Numbered from the stretch's first letter, positions 9,708-19,626 are shown. The stretch: DNA of 64,000 nt from an uncultured Anaerolineales bacterium (GCA_964481465.1 CAYZTL010000011.1:38022-102021), one strand, 5' to 3'. Notes: a model not told the origin generated them from the sequence alone. Numbers and translations: made by a program.

Positions 9708-9733
9708 AGGTTGGCTTCTGGCCAACCTTTTTT
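9708..9733 (+). terminator. Intrinsic terminator after the tRNA
   Basis: aggttggc-ttctg-gccaacct followed by a T tract. Confidence 0.85.
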
Positions 9734-9797
9734 GTAGTACACATTTGTCATTATATAATCATCCGCTTTATATGAGCTCTTATCAGGGTGTCGCCAC

Positions 9798-10820
9798 GTG
9801 AAAAGGACTGAAGTAGAACCTCTCCCCTCCAACCAGGGGATCTCTAAATGGATTGCCGGGCTGTGGATTTTGTCCATCGGTTTCCTGGTCACCTTTTCCG
9901 CCTACCACTTAACCCAAAACAACCCCTCAACTCCCCAGGTCACCCCCTCCATCTCCCCCACCAAGCGCATAACGCAAGTGCTCGCATTGGCAGCTACAGA
10001 AACAAGTACAATTCAACCCACCAAGAAATCCCATCCTCCTACACCAACCAAGAGCAACCCTGCACCAACCCCAACGGTCCCTACGCCAACGGCTGTCTTT
10101 GGTAAAAGGATCGTCATCGGAAAATCAGTGGAGGAGCGACCTTTGGAGATCTTTCAATTTGGCAATGGCAGCATAGAACGGCTGATTATCGCCGGCATCC
10201 ATGGTGGATATGAATGGAACACGATCACCTTAGCGGATGAAATCATCGAACACTTGAAGGAACACCCTGACCTGATACCTCAAGAAGTCTCCCTGTATAT
10301 CTTACGATCTCTCAATCCGGATGGCGAAGCTCGCTCGAAGGGATACCAGGGTCGTGCTAACGAAAATGGGGTCGACATCAACCGAAACTTTCCCAATCAT
10401 TGGCAAGCTGATTGGCCAAGGGACGGATGTTGGAATTATTTACCCATCTCAGCTGGATCAGCGCCGGAATCAGAGCCAGAAACGAAAGCATTGATTTCAT
10501 TTATTAACGCTCATCAGATAGATGCCTTGATCAGCTATCACAGTGCTGCTCTGGGTATCTTTCCAGGGGGCCAACCAGCGACCTCTCTCTCTGTGGATCT
10601 TGCCGAGGAGATCGCTTCCGTAAGCGATTATCCGTATCCGCCTTTAAAAACCGGCTGTGTTTACACCGGCCAATTGATCGATTGGGCTGCAGAAAAAAGG
10701 ATCGCTGCCCTGGATATTGAACTCACCAACCATTCGGATACGGATTTCGACCAAAATCTGTTGATCTTACAGAAGTTTCTGGCTTGGAAACCTCAAGAAC
10801 ATGGCATGGAGGATTATTAA
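9798..10820 (+). CDS. Membrane-anchored M14 zinc carboxypeptidase (MpaA-like)
   Basis: N-terminal TM, Pro/Thr linker, then HGGYE (HxxE), NPDG, RANENGVDINRNFP, ISYHS and the C-terminal catalytic Glu (DIEL). Confidence 0.88.
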   Translation: MKRTEVEPLPSNQGISKWIAGLWILSIGFLVTFSAYHLTQNNPSTPQVTPSISPTKRITQVLALAATETSTIQPTKKSHPPTPTKSNPAPTPTVPTPTAVFGKRIVIGKSVEERPLEIFQFGNGSIERLIIAGIHGGYEWNTITLADEIIEHLKEHPDLIPQEVSLYILRSLNPDGEARSKGYQGRANENGVDINRNFPNHWQADWPRDGCWNYLPISAGSAPESEPETKALISFINAHQIDALISYHSAALGIFPGGQPATSLSVDLAEEIASVSDYPYPPLKTGCVYTGQLIDWAAEKRIAALDIELTNHSDTDFDQNLLILQKFLAWKPQEHGMEDY

Positions 10821-10896
10821 ATATCCTTCTCCGTTTGCTGTCAGATATAGATCATGGACAGCAACGGGATGAAATATATCCGATCCCGAATATAAA

Positions 10897-10933
10897 AAAA
10901 CACACGGGTATTGGCCATTCACCTGTGTGTTTT
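10897..10933. terminator. Bidirectional terminator between convergent genes
   Basis: 13-bp stem aaaacacacgggt/acctgtgtgtttt. Confidence 0.7.
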
Positions 10934-10956
10934 CCCATGTTTTCCACGATTTCTAT

Positions 10957-11496
10957 CTAAGATGCAGTCATCGTTTCTTCCACGAATTCCAAGATCCTAT
11001 CCGCGATATAGTATGCGGCTTTTTGCTCCATCTCCTCTTCCATCATGAGAGAGGCAGCAAGTTGGGATCGACCTTGTTCCAAAATGGCCTGGGGTTCTTG
11101 AGAAGGTGTAAACGTCTCATATATCTCTTGGGGCGATAGTTCATAAAGCTTATGCGCTTCCATTTTCTTGGCTTTCTGACTTTTTTCCTTCCGCCTGGCT
11201 CGCTCCTTTCGAACCTGCCGTTCAACCGTTGTTAACGCATCCTTAACCGTCTTTCGAATGGCTTCCCCCTTTTCAACGACAGCGATATTTTCCGGGCGCA
11301 TGTAAACCACGATGCGAACTTCGTAGAGATATGGGGTTTCCTCTCCCGCGATATCCTCTATGGCGATCGACGACTCAATGATGTCCTTGTGGCCTTCTGT
11401 TAACGCTTCCAGACGGTCCCTAACCTCTCTCCTGATATCCTCCGTAACGGATGGAATCTCACTATAGAATTCAATTTGTAGTTGGGAGTTATCCAT
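10957..11496 (-). CDS. hpf: HPF/RaiA-family ribosome-associated protein with a C-terminal extension
   Basis: LQIEF..., RDRLEAL...DII..SIAIE, YEVRIVVYM.PENIAVVEK...VKDAL..VERQVRK pattern. Confidence 0.75.
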   Translation of the reverse strand: MDNSQLQIEFYSEIPSVTEDIRREVRDRLEALTEGHKDIIESSIAIEDIAGEETPYLYEVRIVVYMRPENIAVVEKGEAIRKTVKDALTTVERQVRKERARRKEKSQKAKKMEAHKLYELSPQEIYETFTPSQEPQAILEQGRSQLAASLMMEEEMEQKAAYYIADRILEFVEETMTAS

Positions 11497-11565
11497 GGTT
11501 GTCTCCTACATTGGTGATTTTCCTGCGCCTAAACCTTCCTAGACAGAACCAGTCCTTTTCTGTAG

Positions 11566-12231
11566 TTAATGATTAGTTTTAAAAGGTGTATTTTCCTCTT
11601 TATGATATTCCGGGAGATTCTCAATCACCTTTCTATCCACAGCCAGATGGATCTCCTCCTCATCGTAATCACCCACCCAACTAATGGGGACAAGTTTTTC
11701 TTCAACCAATAACAACCCTTCTGAAACCACGAGATGGGTTGCCTCGTCCGTTTGGGGATCAATAATCACTTCCCCCACATTTCCCACATGTTGATCATCC
11801 AAAGTGATCACTTTTGCACCATTTTTAATCGGCGTTACATCTTTGGGAATGTTCTTGATTTTTTCCTTTTTAAACGTCCTAATTTCAAGATCTGCCTTCT
11901 GATAAGGTCCAACAGGGGGATAATTGTACAAAAAGGGAGGATTGCCAACAACCGGATTATTAACCTCTGCTTCACGCACCTCAACAAATTGTTCTTCCTT
12001 ATATTTTGGTAAGTCATCTAAAGATTCTTCTAATGGATAGAGTTTTACCCGCTCCCTGTCAGCATCCTCCACAAGGCTGATGGGTAACACCTTGTCTTCC
12101 GTCAACAGAAGCCCTTTTTCGATGATGATATGCGTTACATCTTCCGTTTTTGGGTCAATGACAACTTCTTTGACTTCTCCAATTTTCTCTCCGTTCTCTT
12201 TGATCACATCAGATCCATAATTGAATATCAT
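11566..12231 (-). CDS. Tandem PRC-barrel domain protein
   Basis: Two copies of G..V...G..VG.V..V.IDP.T...THIII..G.LL...K.LPIS.V. Start at ATG 12231 after GGAGG. Confidence 0.88.
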   Translation of the reverse strand: MIFNYGSDVIKENGEKIGEVKEVVIDPKTEDVTHIIIEKGLLLTEDKVLPISLVEDADRERVKLYPLEESLDDLPKYKEEQFVEVREAEVNNPVVGNPPFLYNYPPVGPYQKADLEIRTFKKEKIKNIPKDVTPIKNGAKVITLDDQHVGNVGEVIIDPQTDEATHLVVSEGLLLVEEKLVPISWVGDYDEEEIHLAVDRKVIENLPEYHKEENTPFKTNH

Positions 12232-12411
12232 CTCAACCTCCACCTTTTTGATAATCACCCTGGTTTCTTTGCCTTTGACATATATCATGTTAATAAACAG
12301 TAAAGCCCCCGTATATGCATCGAGGTAAAAATACGGTTATATCCATGGTTATAAATCTAAAGGCTTTTACAGGAATAATGACCTACGTATACGTGATAAC
12401 AAAACAGCACC

Positions 12412-13500
12412 TTAGGCGAATTTTGTATTCCCCTCAAGGATATCTTTGATATACAGCTCTTTGACGATCACCTGACCGACAACCGCCACGGGATAAGCCA
12501 AGGCGATCCCAAAGGGTCCCGCGACGATTCCCATCAGTAATTGAATAATTAGCGCAATCGCAGGCGCAAGGGAAACCGTTTGGCGTTGGACAATTGGCGT
12601 TAACAGATAATTTTCCACCGTCTGGGCACCCATATACAGAAGAAATACGGAAAACAACATTAAGGGACTTTCGGCCAAAGCTACAAAACCCGCCGGCACA
12701 AAAGCTACGAACCCTCCGATGATCGGCACAAAGGAAAGCAATCCTGTGAAAATCCCCAAACTCAAAGGGAGGGGCACGCCGATAATGGCCAGACCAATTC
12801 CCACCAGGGTTCCCAGAATGAACATGGCGATGACCCGGCCTATCAACCACCATTTCAAAGCATCGCCGATTTCCGTGATCACCTCTTGAGCTCGGCTTCT
12901 ATGCTGGGGAGGAAAAAGCCTTACCAATCCACCTACATAGGTTTGGGGTTCATATGCAAAATACACAGAGAGGACGAGGAAAATGATCAGATTGGCTACA
13001 AATCCAAAAGCCCCTGAAAAAATACCAGACACTCTCTCAAGGATATTTCCCACCCCTTTCACTTCAGCGAGCACATTGGGGATTTCCTTAACCTGCTCAA
13101 TCCACTGCTGAGCCCAAGGGTACTGCTGCAAATTCGAATTGATGCTTTTCGCAAAGTGGGGGATTTGTCGGGTGATTTTCTCTATCTGCTGTGAGATATT
13201 CGGAGCCAATAGCACTCCAAGCAGGACAAACAACGACAACACCACCAATAAAGAGATCAAAGTAGCCCATCGCTTGGGAATCGGCGTGACTTTGTGAATC
13301 CAATCCCCTGGAATTCGGAGAATGACAGCCATGAGTATCGCTGCAAAAACCAACAGCACCACATCCACCACGTAGGATCTCAAGAAAAGCCCAGCGATGA
13401 TCAATACTGCTAAGAACAGCCCCCAAACCAGACGGTAATTAATTCCGGGATTTCCTCCTTCACTTTGATATCGATTTACCTGTTTTTCTCCTTGCTTCAT
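12412..13500 (-). CDS. AI-2E family transporter
   Basis: Multi-TM; GLLSFVPIIGG, QTVENYLLTP, GPFGIALAYP. Start at ATG 13500 after GGAGG. Confidence 0.9.
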   Translation of the reverse strand: MKQGEKQVNRYQSEGGNPGINYRLVWGLFLAVLIIAGLFLRSYVVDVVLLVFAAILMAVILRIPGDWIHKVTPIPKRWATLISLLVVLSLFVLLGVLLAPNISQQIEKITRQIPHFAKSINSNLQQYPWAQQWIEQVKEIPNVLAEVKGVGNILERVSGIFSGAFGFVANLIIFLVLSVYFAYEPQTYVGGLVRLFPPQHRSRAQEVITEIGDALKWWLIGRVIAMFILGTLVGIGLAIIGVPLPLSLGIFTGLLSFVPIIGGFVAFVPAGFVALAESPLMLFSVFLLYMGAQTVENYLLTPIVQRQTVSLAPAIALIIQLLMGIVAGPFGIALAYPVAVVGQVIVKELYIKDILEGNTKFA

Positions 13501-13532
13501 GGTGGCACCTCCCATCAAGTCCAGTCTTTCGT

Positions 13533-14684
13533 TTAGTACCGCTTAATGGCAGCTATCTTTTTGGCCTGCTCGGGCATCTTCTGCTTTTCAAGGTCGAAGA
13601 CGACACCGCCATTCAACAATGTATGAGCAGCTGCAAAGCCAACCATCTCCCTGCTATCTTCATCCTCCGGATCTCTTTTAGTATATTGGTTTGACTCAGG
13701 GTCATAACTCCCCCAACTGTACTCCCCTTTGGCGGTCATCAGGGTATCGATCTGTCCATGATACGCAGCGGGTACAATTTCCCCAATTTCATGGGCAGCC
13801 TGATCCCGGACAAGCAGTGCTTTATACGAATCTTTAACTTTTTGGATTTCCTCTTCCAGAACCGGTTCCATCATGTCCCAAGCCAGCTGATGAAGTTCAT
13901 CAGGATCTAAAACATTGGGGTTCCCACGCTTGATACCCTCTAAGAGGCGGGGGTAGGAATTGATCTCTTCATAAATGGGGAGGAGATGTTCCGCTCCAAT
14001 CAGGAATAATGGGGCACTTTCACCTCCAATTACATCCAGCAAGCCCTGGTCTACTTTATTGAAAAAGCGGCGAATGTCCTCCTTTTCCTCTTCTTCGGGG
14101 AGGTGTTGATGGAAGACGCCTTTGTGACCTTTCTGGCTGGGAGAACTGGTATTGTGGAATCCAAGCCTTTTCTCTGGATCCTCATAAACGAGCGCTTCAT
14201 CCATATTTCTCGGCGTATCCCCAAGGTCAATTTCGCTGACCGTGAAACGGGTACCGGCAAGCAATCTCACATTGGAAAGGTCCAATACCAATAGATAAAA
14301 ATTCTCATTCTCCACGAACATCGGGATCAGGGGTCGAACATAATAACGGTCGCTGAGAAATACTTTCTCCTTAAAATTCAGAGGGAGACGATAGGCACGA
14401 AATTCAACGCCCTGATAAAAAACCGCCAATCCAGATGCCTGATTCCTCCAAAACGTATCATCGGTAATCAGATCTTTGAGAGGCTGGAGGTACTCTTCCA
14501 GCTCTGCTTTTCCCATATTCTGATCCTCTAATTCGTCCTCAATTTCCTGGAGGATATTTTTATAGCGGATGGGATTCTGCCTTGCTTCCTTCCCCGCCTG
14601 GATCGTGGGCATGTACAGGGAAATGCAATTTTTCCCTCGGAATTCCAACAATTCATTAAATGCCGCTAAAGGTAATAGATCCAT
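13533..14684 (-). CDS. Bacterial archaeo-eukaryotic release factor family (baeRF3/7-like) protein
   Basis: CISLYMPT, QNPIRYKN, FWRNQASGLAVF, YYVRPLIP, FFNKVDQGL, EIVPAAYHGQIDTL, AAAHTLLNGG.V, AAIKRY. Confidence 0.85.
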   Translation of the reverse strand: MDLLPLAAFNELLEFRGKNCISLYMPTIQAGKEARQNPIRYKNILQEIEDELEDQNMGKAELEEYLQPLKDLITDDTFWRNQASGLAVFYQGVEFRAYRLPLNFKEKVFLSDRYYVRPLIPMFVENENFYLLVLDLSNVRLLAGTRFTVSEIDLGDTPRNMDEALVYEDPEKRLGFHNTSSPSQKGHKGVFHQHLPEEEEKEDIRRFFNKVDQGLLDVIGGESAPLFLIGAEHLLPIYEEINSYPRLLEGIKRGNPNVLDPDELHQLAWDMMEPVLEEEIQKVKDSYKALLVRDQAAHEIGEIVPAAYHGQIDTLMTAKGEYSWGSYDPESNQYTKRDPEDEDSREMVGFAAAHTLLNGGVVFDLEKQKMPEQAKKIAAIKRY

Positions 14685-14700
14685 ACCGCTCCTTTTCTAT

Positions 14701-15132
14701 TCATTTCTCTTTACGCAACTTCGACTGGACTTCAATCCCTTCTTCAAACATCTTTTGAATCGGACATTGATGGGCTATACGTAACAATTTGCGCTCCTCA
14801 TCCTCAGCAAGGTCCCCCGTGAACTTGATCGATTCTTCTATCTTCTCATCATACCGGTCGATGTCTTGGCAATTTTCACAGTCCTCCTTAAAGATCCGTT
14901 TATAGGTGGCATCCAGCTCGACTTCCTCTACAGGTACTTGGTGATGCTCCGCATAGGACATCACAACCTGGGCTGTGCAAGAAGCAAGGCTGAATAACAT
15001 CATCCCGTAGGGCGTGACTTCATGCAACCCCTGCACAGGGGAAACATCCAGTTCTTCAGGGGTGCGCGGATTGGAAGCCAGAAATTCCACTTCAAATTGC
15101 CTGTTCTGCCGAAATATGATCCTTTCCGCCAT
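14701..15132 (-). CDS. OsmC-family protein
   Basis: TPYGMMLFSLASCT and IAHQCPI (two conserved Cys), with an EDCENC insert. Confidence 0.85.
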   Translation of the reverse strand: MAERIIFRQNRQFEVEFLASNPRTPEELDVSPVQGLHEVTPYGMMLFSLASCTAQVVMSYAEHHQVPVEEVELDATYKRIFKEDCENCQDIDRYDEKIEESIKFTGDLAEDEERKLLRIAHQCPIQKMFEEGIEVQSKLRKEK

Positions 15133-15215
15133 GCATTTCTCCTTTTTCTATCTGATTATGGAACAACCTTTGTATCATGGTCAGAGCACAGAAACGTGCC
15201 TGGAAAAACCGGCAG

Positions 15216-15515
15216 CTAATTAAACTGCGCTATCGCATCCTCAATGGAGTCCCGGAGTTCGTGGATCGCCTCATCCACTCCAGTTTTCACTTCTTCCCAG
15301 GCGACCTTTGAATCTGACTGCAGATCTTGGATTTTCCGCTCCGTCTTTTCATATTTCGCTTTCACGCGTGTCATCTGCTTTTTCGCCTCTATCCTGGCCT
15401 CTGCACTCGCTTTCCTGGCCTTGGCAATCAACAGGCTGATTCTGGCTTCCAATTCTTCTAATTCGGCTTCAACTTTCTTCTGATATGCGTTCCGATTGTC
15501 CTTATCTTGCGACAT
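15216..15515 (-). CDS. Small coiled-coil stress-associated protein
   Basis: AYQKKVEAELEELEARI.LL.AKA, AWEEVKTGVDEA pattern; GGAGG RBS. Confidence 0.75.
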   Translation of the reverse strand: MSQDKDNRNAYQKKVEAELEELEARISLLIAKARKASAEARIEAKKQMTRVKAKYEKTERKIQDLQSDSKVAWEEVKTGVDEAIHELRDSIEDAIAQFN

Positions 15516-15622
15516 AATCCATAAACCTCCTCGCTCTCATTTCCCTAGTAGCAAGGTGCCGAATGGGATCCTGCTCAGTTAACTAACTCACGAAATCCTT
15601 TGCAATGCTGCTTCAGCAAAAA

Positions 15623-16900
15623 CTAAACCTGGCTTTTCTCTCGCTCTTCGGAAAGATTGAATTCTCGTTCTTGATTCGAAATCCCCCCGCCCATTTTTGC
15701 GGACATGGCCGTCATACTTCCCAAAACAGATTTCGCGTGAATTCTCAGCCATTTAACAATTTCCTCACGCCGAAGGACACCGATAATTTTATCTCCTTCT
15801 ACCACCGGCAACTGGCGAACAGATTCTTGGCTTAATTTGGTAAACGCATCTGATGTGTCTTCTTCAGCAGTCACCGTTACCAAATCTGCCTTAGGGGTCA
15901 TGATCTCTTCGATCATCACATTCTCCCAATCCTCCTGAGGGACACCTCTTACATCTTCTAGAGTCACCATTCCCACCAAGGCATCCCCATCCACGACGGG
16001 GAAAGCGTGATCATCCTTCTGCATGATATATTCATGTACTAATGTATATACATTTTCATTTCCAGGCACGGTAGGAGGTTCCCTGCGCATGATTTCTTTT
16101 ACCTGAACCCCTTCTAAAATGTCCTGGACCACTACTTCTTGATAGCTCTGAACCGCTGCGCTGTTAAGGAACCATCCAATGAAAGCCAACCACAATCCAT
16201 CAATCAAACCGCTTCCAAAGAATGGAATTTGCGCGCCAAAGATCATCGACACGCCTCCAATGATCATCATCCAGGCGATCCCTTGACCCACCCAAGAAGC
16301 CCACCGGGTTGCCTTTCGAAGATCTTCCGTGACGCTCCAAAGGATGGACCGCAACACTCTCCCTCCATCCAAAGGAAATCCCGGGATCATATTAAACACA
16401 CCTAAAATCAAGTTGATCGGACCTAACCATAATAAGAGTGTCGTGATGGGGCTCATTTGGGATACAAGCTCAGAGGGATTGGCGGCTTGGGCTCCCAGCA
16501 ATCCCATTCCAACGCCAGACAGAAATATGAAGACGATCCCCAAGAAAACGCTCGTTAAGGGGCCGACAATCGTGATTAAAAATTCCGACAAGGGTGAATC
16601 CGGATGGCGCTGAATGCTGGACACCCCTCCAAAGAGGAACAGGGTAATTCCCGACACAGGCACGCCCCTGGCTCTTGCCATCAGAGAGTGCGCTAATTCA
16701 TGAGCCAGCACAGACATGAAAAACAGAATAGCAGCCAGGAAAGAAACGAACAAACGAAGACTCAAACTCCAGTCCGGATGCATGTTCCCGAAAGCGCTGG
16801 TTAAATTCCAGGTGACTAAGATCAAGATGAACAGCCAGCTCCAGTTTATTTTTATCTTGATACCGAAGATCTTACCGACCCTTAGGTTATTCCCCATCAT
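15623..16900 (-). CDS. Site-2 protease (M50) with a CBS pair
   Basis: HELAHS (HExxH), NMIPGFPLDGGR, two CBS domains. Confidence 0.93.
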   Translation of the reverse strand: MMGNNLRVGKIFGIKIKINWSWLFILILVTWNLTSAFGNMHPDWSLSLRLFVSFLAAILFFMSVLAHELAHSLMARARGVPVSGITLFLFGGVSSIQRHPDSPLSEFLITIVGPLTSVFLGIVFIFLSGVGMGLLGAQAANPSELVSQMSPITTLLLWLGPINLILGVFNMIPGFPLDGGRVLRSILWSVTEDLRKATRWASWVGQGIAWMMIIGGVSMIFGAQIPFFGSGLIDGLWLAFIGWFLNSAAVQSYQEVVVQDILEGVQVKEIMRREPPTVPGNENVYTLVHEYIMQKDDHAFPVVDGDALVGMVTLEDVRGVPQEDWENVMIEEIMTPKADLVTVTAEEDTSDAFTKLSQESVRQLPVVEGDKIIGVLRREEIVKWLRIHAKSVLGSMTAMSAKMGGGISNQEREFNLSEEREKSQV

Positions 16901-17031
16901 TATCTCCTTTTCATTTGATTTTTCTCATTATTAGCCTAGCACAGATATACACCCTTGTTTATAGATCTAAGCTTCCTTCCAGTTATAGTTTTCGATATAG
17001 TCGTCTTCAGGTAAACACTGGACAGGTGCGA

Positions 17032-17934
17032 TCAATATGCCTTTCGCTTGGATTTAATATCTTCCTTTTCTGTGGCCGTCAGCACCATAGAAAGTGTCTT
17101 ACAAAGGTGAGCCCCGAAAAAGATGATCAAACTGCTTAAATATATCCAAAACAATAAGACCACAATTGCGCTTAAAGAGCCATATACAAATTGATAACGG
17201 GCCAATCCGCTGCTCAGATACCAGTTAAATCCAAATGATGCACTTTTCCAGATAAAGGTGATAAATATCGCGCTCCCCAGGCCTGCGATAAGGTTAACTT
17301 TGGTCCTCGGTAATAGGACATACAAACTTAGGAAAAAAAGAAAGGGAGAGACCCAGGAAATGGCATTGGCAATCAAGCTTACCAGATTTAATTCAGAGAT
17401 CTGCGGAATGTGAGTAAATGAAAAATCAACCCGGGCAAGCAAATCAAAAACCGTGGATGAAAGCATCAACAAGATGAGCAAGACGATGATCACCCCTACC
17501 ATGGTAAGTCCCAGCAGGCGTTTCTGAACGAAACTCCTCCTTTGCGAATTAGGCCAAGCACGGTTGATGTTGTCAACCAGAATAGAAAACGCATTGGAGG
17601 CTGACCACAGAAAGCCGATGGTCCCAAATAAACCGATTGAATTTCTCACCTCCATGATCCGTTGAATATTCTTTTCCACGATGGATTGGGATACCGGGAT
17701 CACAGAAGTCATCACCGTTTTGATCTGCGAGATAGCTTTAGTGCCTGCGACAAAATAACTTGCCACGGTGACCATGACGATCAACAACGGAGAAAGGGAG
17801 AACAAAACGTAATAGGTCATTCCTGCAGTTGCCCTCGATGCTTCTTGTCGCTGAAAGCTGTTGAACGTCCGTTTGAAAATCTCAAACAGCCATTTGGCTA
17901 CCCTTTTTACGACTCGCGTGATCCTTCTGAACAT
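17032..17934 (-). CDS. YihY/virulence factor BrkB family membrane protein
   Basis: AAGMTYYVLFSLSPLL, LWSASNAFS.L...IN.AW, YGSL.AIVVLLFWIYLSSLIIFFGA. Confidence 0.92.
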   Translation of the reverse strand: MFRRITRVVKRVAKWLFEIFKRTFNSFQRQEASRATAGMTYYVLFSLSPLLIVMVTVASYFVAGTKAISQIKTVMTSVIPVSQSIVEKNIQRIMEVRNSIGLFGTIGFLWSASNAFSILVDNINRAWPNSQRRSFVQKRLLGLTMVGVIIVLLILLMLSSTVFDLLARVDFSFTHIPQISELNLVSLIANAISWVSPFLFFLSLYVLLPRTKVNLIAGLGSAIFITFIWKSASFGFNWYLSSGLARYQFVYGSLSAIVVLLFWIYLSSLIIFFGAHLCKTLSMVLTATEKEDIKSKRKAY

Positions 17935-18194
17935 AACCTCACTCCCCGGTTAACGTCGCTTCTCGATCCGATCCAAAGCAACCTGTTACAGACATACACC
18001 TACATCATATCCTAAATCACGGACCCGGACTATCGCTATACGCAATTAACAGTTTCAAATCTGCTGGATTTTTACTTCAGATCCAATCCTATCCAGAAGT
18101 GAGTGGGCAAGTGAATCGGATCCAAAGTGAGTCAGGAGACCCTTATCCCCACCCACACAGGCAACCCTTTTTTCATTTTAGTTTTCTGAGTAAC

Positions 18195-18695
18195 CTACTT
18201 TCTCCGCGGCCATCGCCAAAGTAGGACCAACACAAACACCAAGCCAATCCAACCCAACCAATAATCGAGTGGTCCAAAAAACTTCCCCAGATGATCAGCG
18301 GAGGCCTTACGATTCTTCAATTCTGCGATGAAAGCTTGCGCGGCTTCGGGGTTGTCTACGTTATCAAATTGCAACAAAATGGGAGCCGCTCGCAGTCCAC
18401 CAACCCGTTTCCAGATGGTGAGTTTCAATTGATCCTCCCCTGCCACCTCCCCTTTGACATCGGAAATATGAATTGGGCCGGATAATTCTTCCATCACTTT
18501 CAAGGCTGCTGGCTTGGCCTGCGTTTTGATTTTCTTTTCAACAGCTCGTTTTCTCTCTTCTCCAGAAACAACCTCGCCTATATGTTCCAACATACCTGTG
18601 ACGTTGATCTCTAGATATTCATCCCGCAAGGTAAAGGTGATGACCTTTTGAGGGTCATCTGCGCTCCTCGCTGTATATGTATATGTATCCATCAT
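18195..18695 (-). CDS. Hypothetical protein with a C-terminal TM anchor
   Basis: 166-aa ORF with GGAGG RBS and a C-terminal hydrophobic helix plus basic tail (WRWPRRK). Confidence 0.75.
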   Translation of the reverse strand: MMDTYTYTARSADDPQKVITFTLRDEYLEINVTGMLEHIGEVVSGEERKRAVEKKIKTQAKPAALKVMEELSGPIHISDVKGEVAGEDQLKLTIWKRVGGLRAAPILLQFDNVDNPEAAQAFIAELKNRKASADHLGKFFGPLDYWLGWIGLVFVLVLLWRWPRRK

Positions 18696-18708
18696 TTTTT
18701 AACCTCCA

Positions 18709-18915
18709 TTACTCGAGTTCAAGATTTTTTAACAACTGGAGATTGATCGCGACAATCACGGTGCTCACGACATCAATAAGGCACCGAATGAATAAAATCC
18801 AGAATCGACGTCGAAACATTTTTTCGTGATGGTGTTCATCTCCGTGACCACGGGCATGGTCCCGCGATCCACTATGTTGAGAATGGTGTTGATTTGAGTT
18901 TACTTTTCTCACCAT
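18709..18915 (-). pseudogene. copB: Internally deleted Cu-transporting P1B-3 ATPase (CopB) remnant
   Basis: His-rich N-terminus ending HEKMFRRRFWI is joined to the CopB C-terminus. The alternative frame reads FGALLMS, then STVIVAINLQLL after a 1-nt loss. Confidence 0.8.
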
Positions 18916-19207
18916 CTCCACACCTCCAAACAATAAAATAATTTCGGATGCAGATTAATGGTAATTCACAATTTTTTATTCCTACTTAAACTTTAAGGCA
19001 AATAATGTCATATTTCCATAGATATGAGGGTTTTTATAGTTATATGTTTGGGTATATCAATGAATAAAAGTGATTTGTACATTGAAATATACCCATTTCC
19101 CTACCCTTGATATATTGGTTTTCTTTTCCATCATGCTAAGCTATAGGTGTATTAATCGTTGATGTTTGAGGTCAACTTTTTCAGGCAGGTAAAGAAGAGG
19201 ATGAAAT

Positions 19208-19582
19208 ATGAAAACACGTCGCATTGTCTTAGCCAACGAATCCCGGCTGTTGAGGAAAATGCTCAAATGCGTGATTGATAAATCTTCCAGTTTGGAAATC
19301 GTGGGCGAGACACAGCAATTTTCAGAAATTAAACGGTTGGCAGAAAAGCACAATGCCCATTGGGTCATTGTCACTCTCTCCTCTACAGGAGACATCCCCG
19401 ACCAAATAAACAACCTGCTCATCCCCGATTCTGCGATCTCCATCTTGGCCATCAGCAACAAAGGGGAGAAAGCCAAAATCCGTTGGGTTGACCTCCATGA
19501 AGAAACCTATATCGATTGGTCTTTAGAGGAAATGTTGACATTGTTACATGAAAAAGTCCCCCATGATGAGTGCTATTCTTAA
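19208..19582 (+). CDS. Stand-alone atypical receiver-like domain protein
   Basis: RIVLANESRLLRKML...LEIVGE receiver fold pattern; Thr occupies the phosphoacceptor position (HWVIVT). Confidence 0.7.
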   Translation: MKTRRIVLANESRLLRKMLKCVIDKSSSLEIVGETQQFSEIKRLAEKHNAHWVIVTLSSTGDIPDQINNLLIPDSAISILAISNKGEKAKIRWVDLHEETYIDWSLEEMLTLLHEKVPHDECYS

Positions 19583-19626
19583 ATGAACACTCTGACAACA
19601 TTTCCTAAAAACCTACAAGGATCGTC

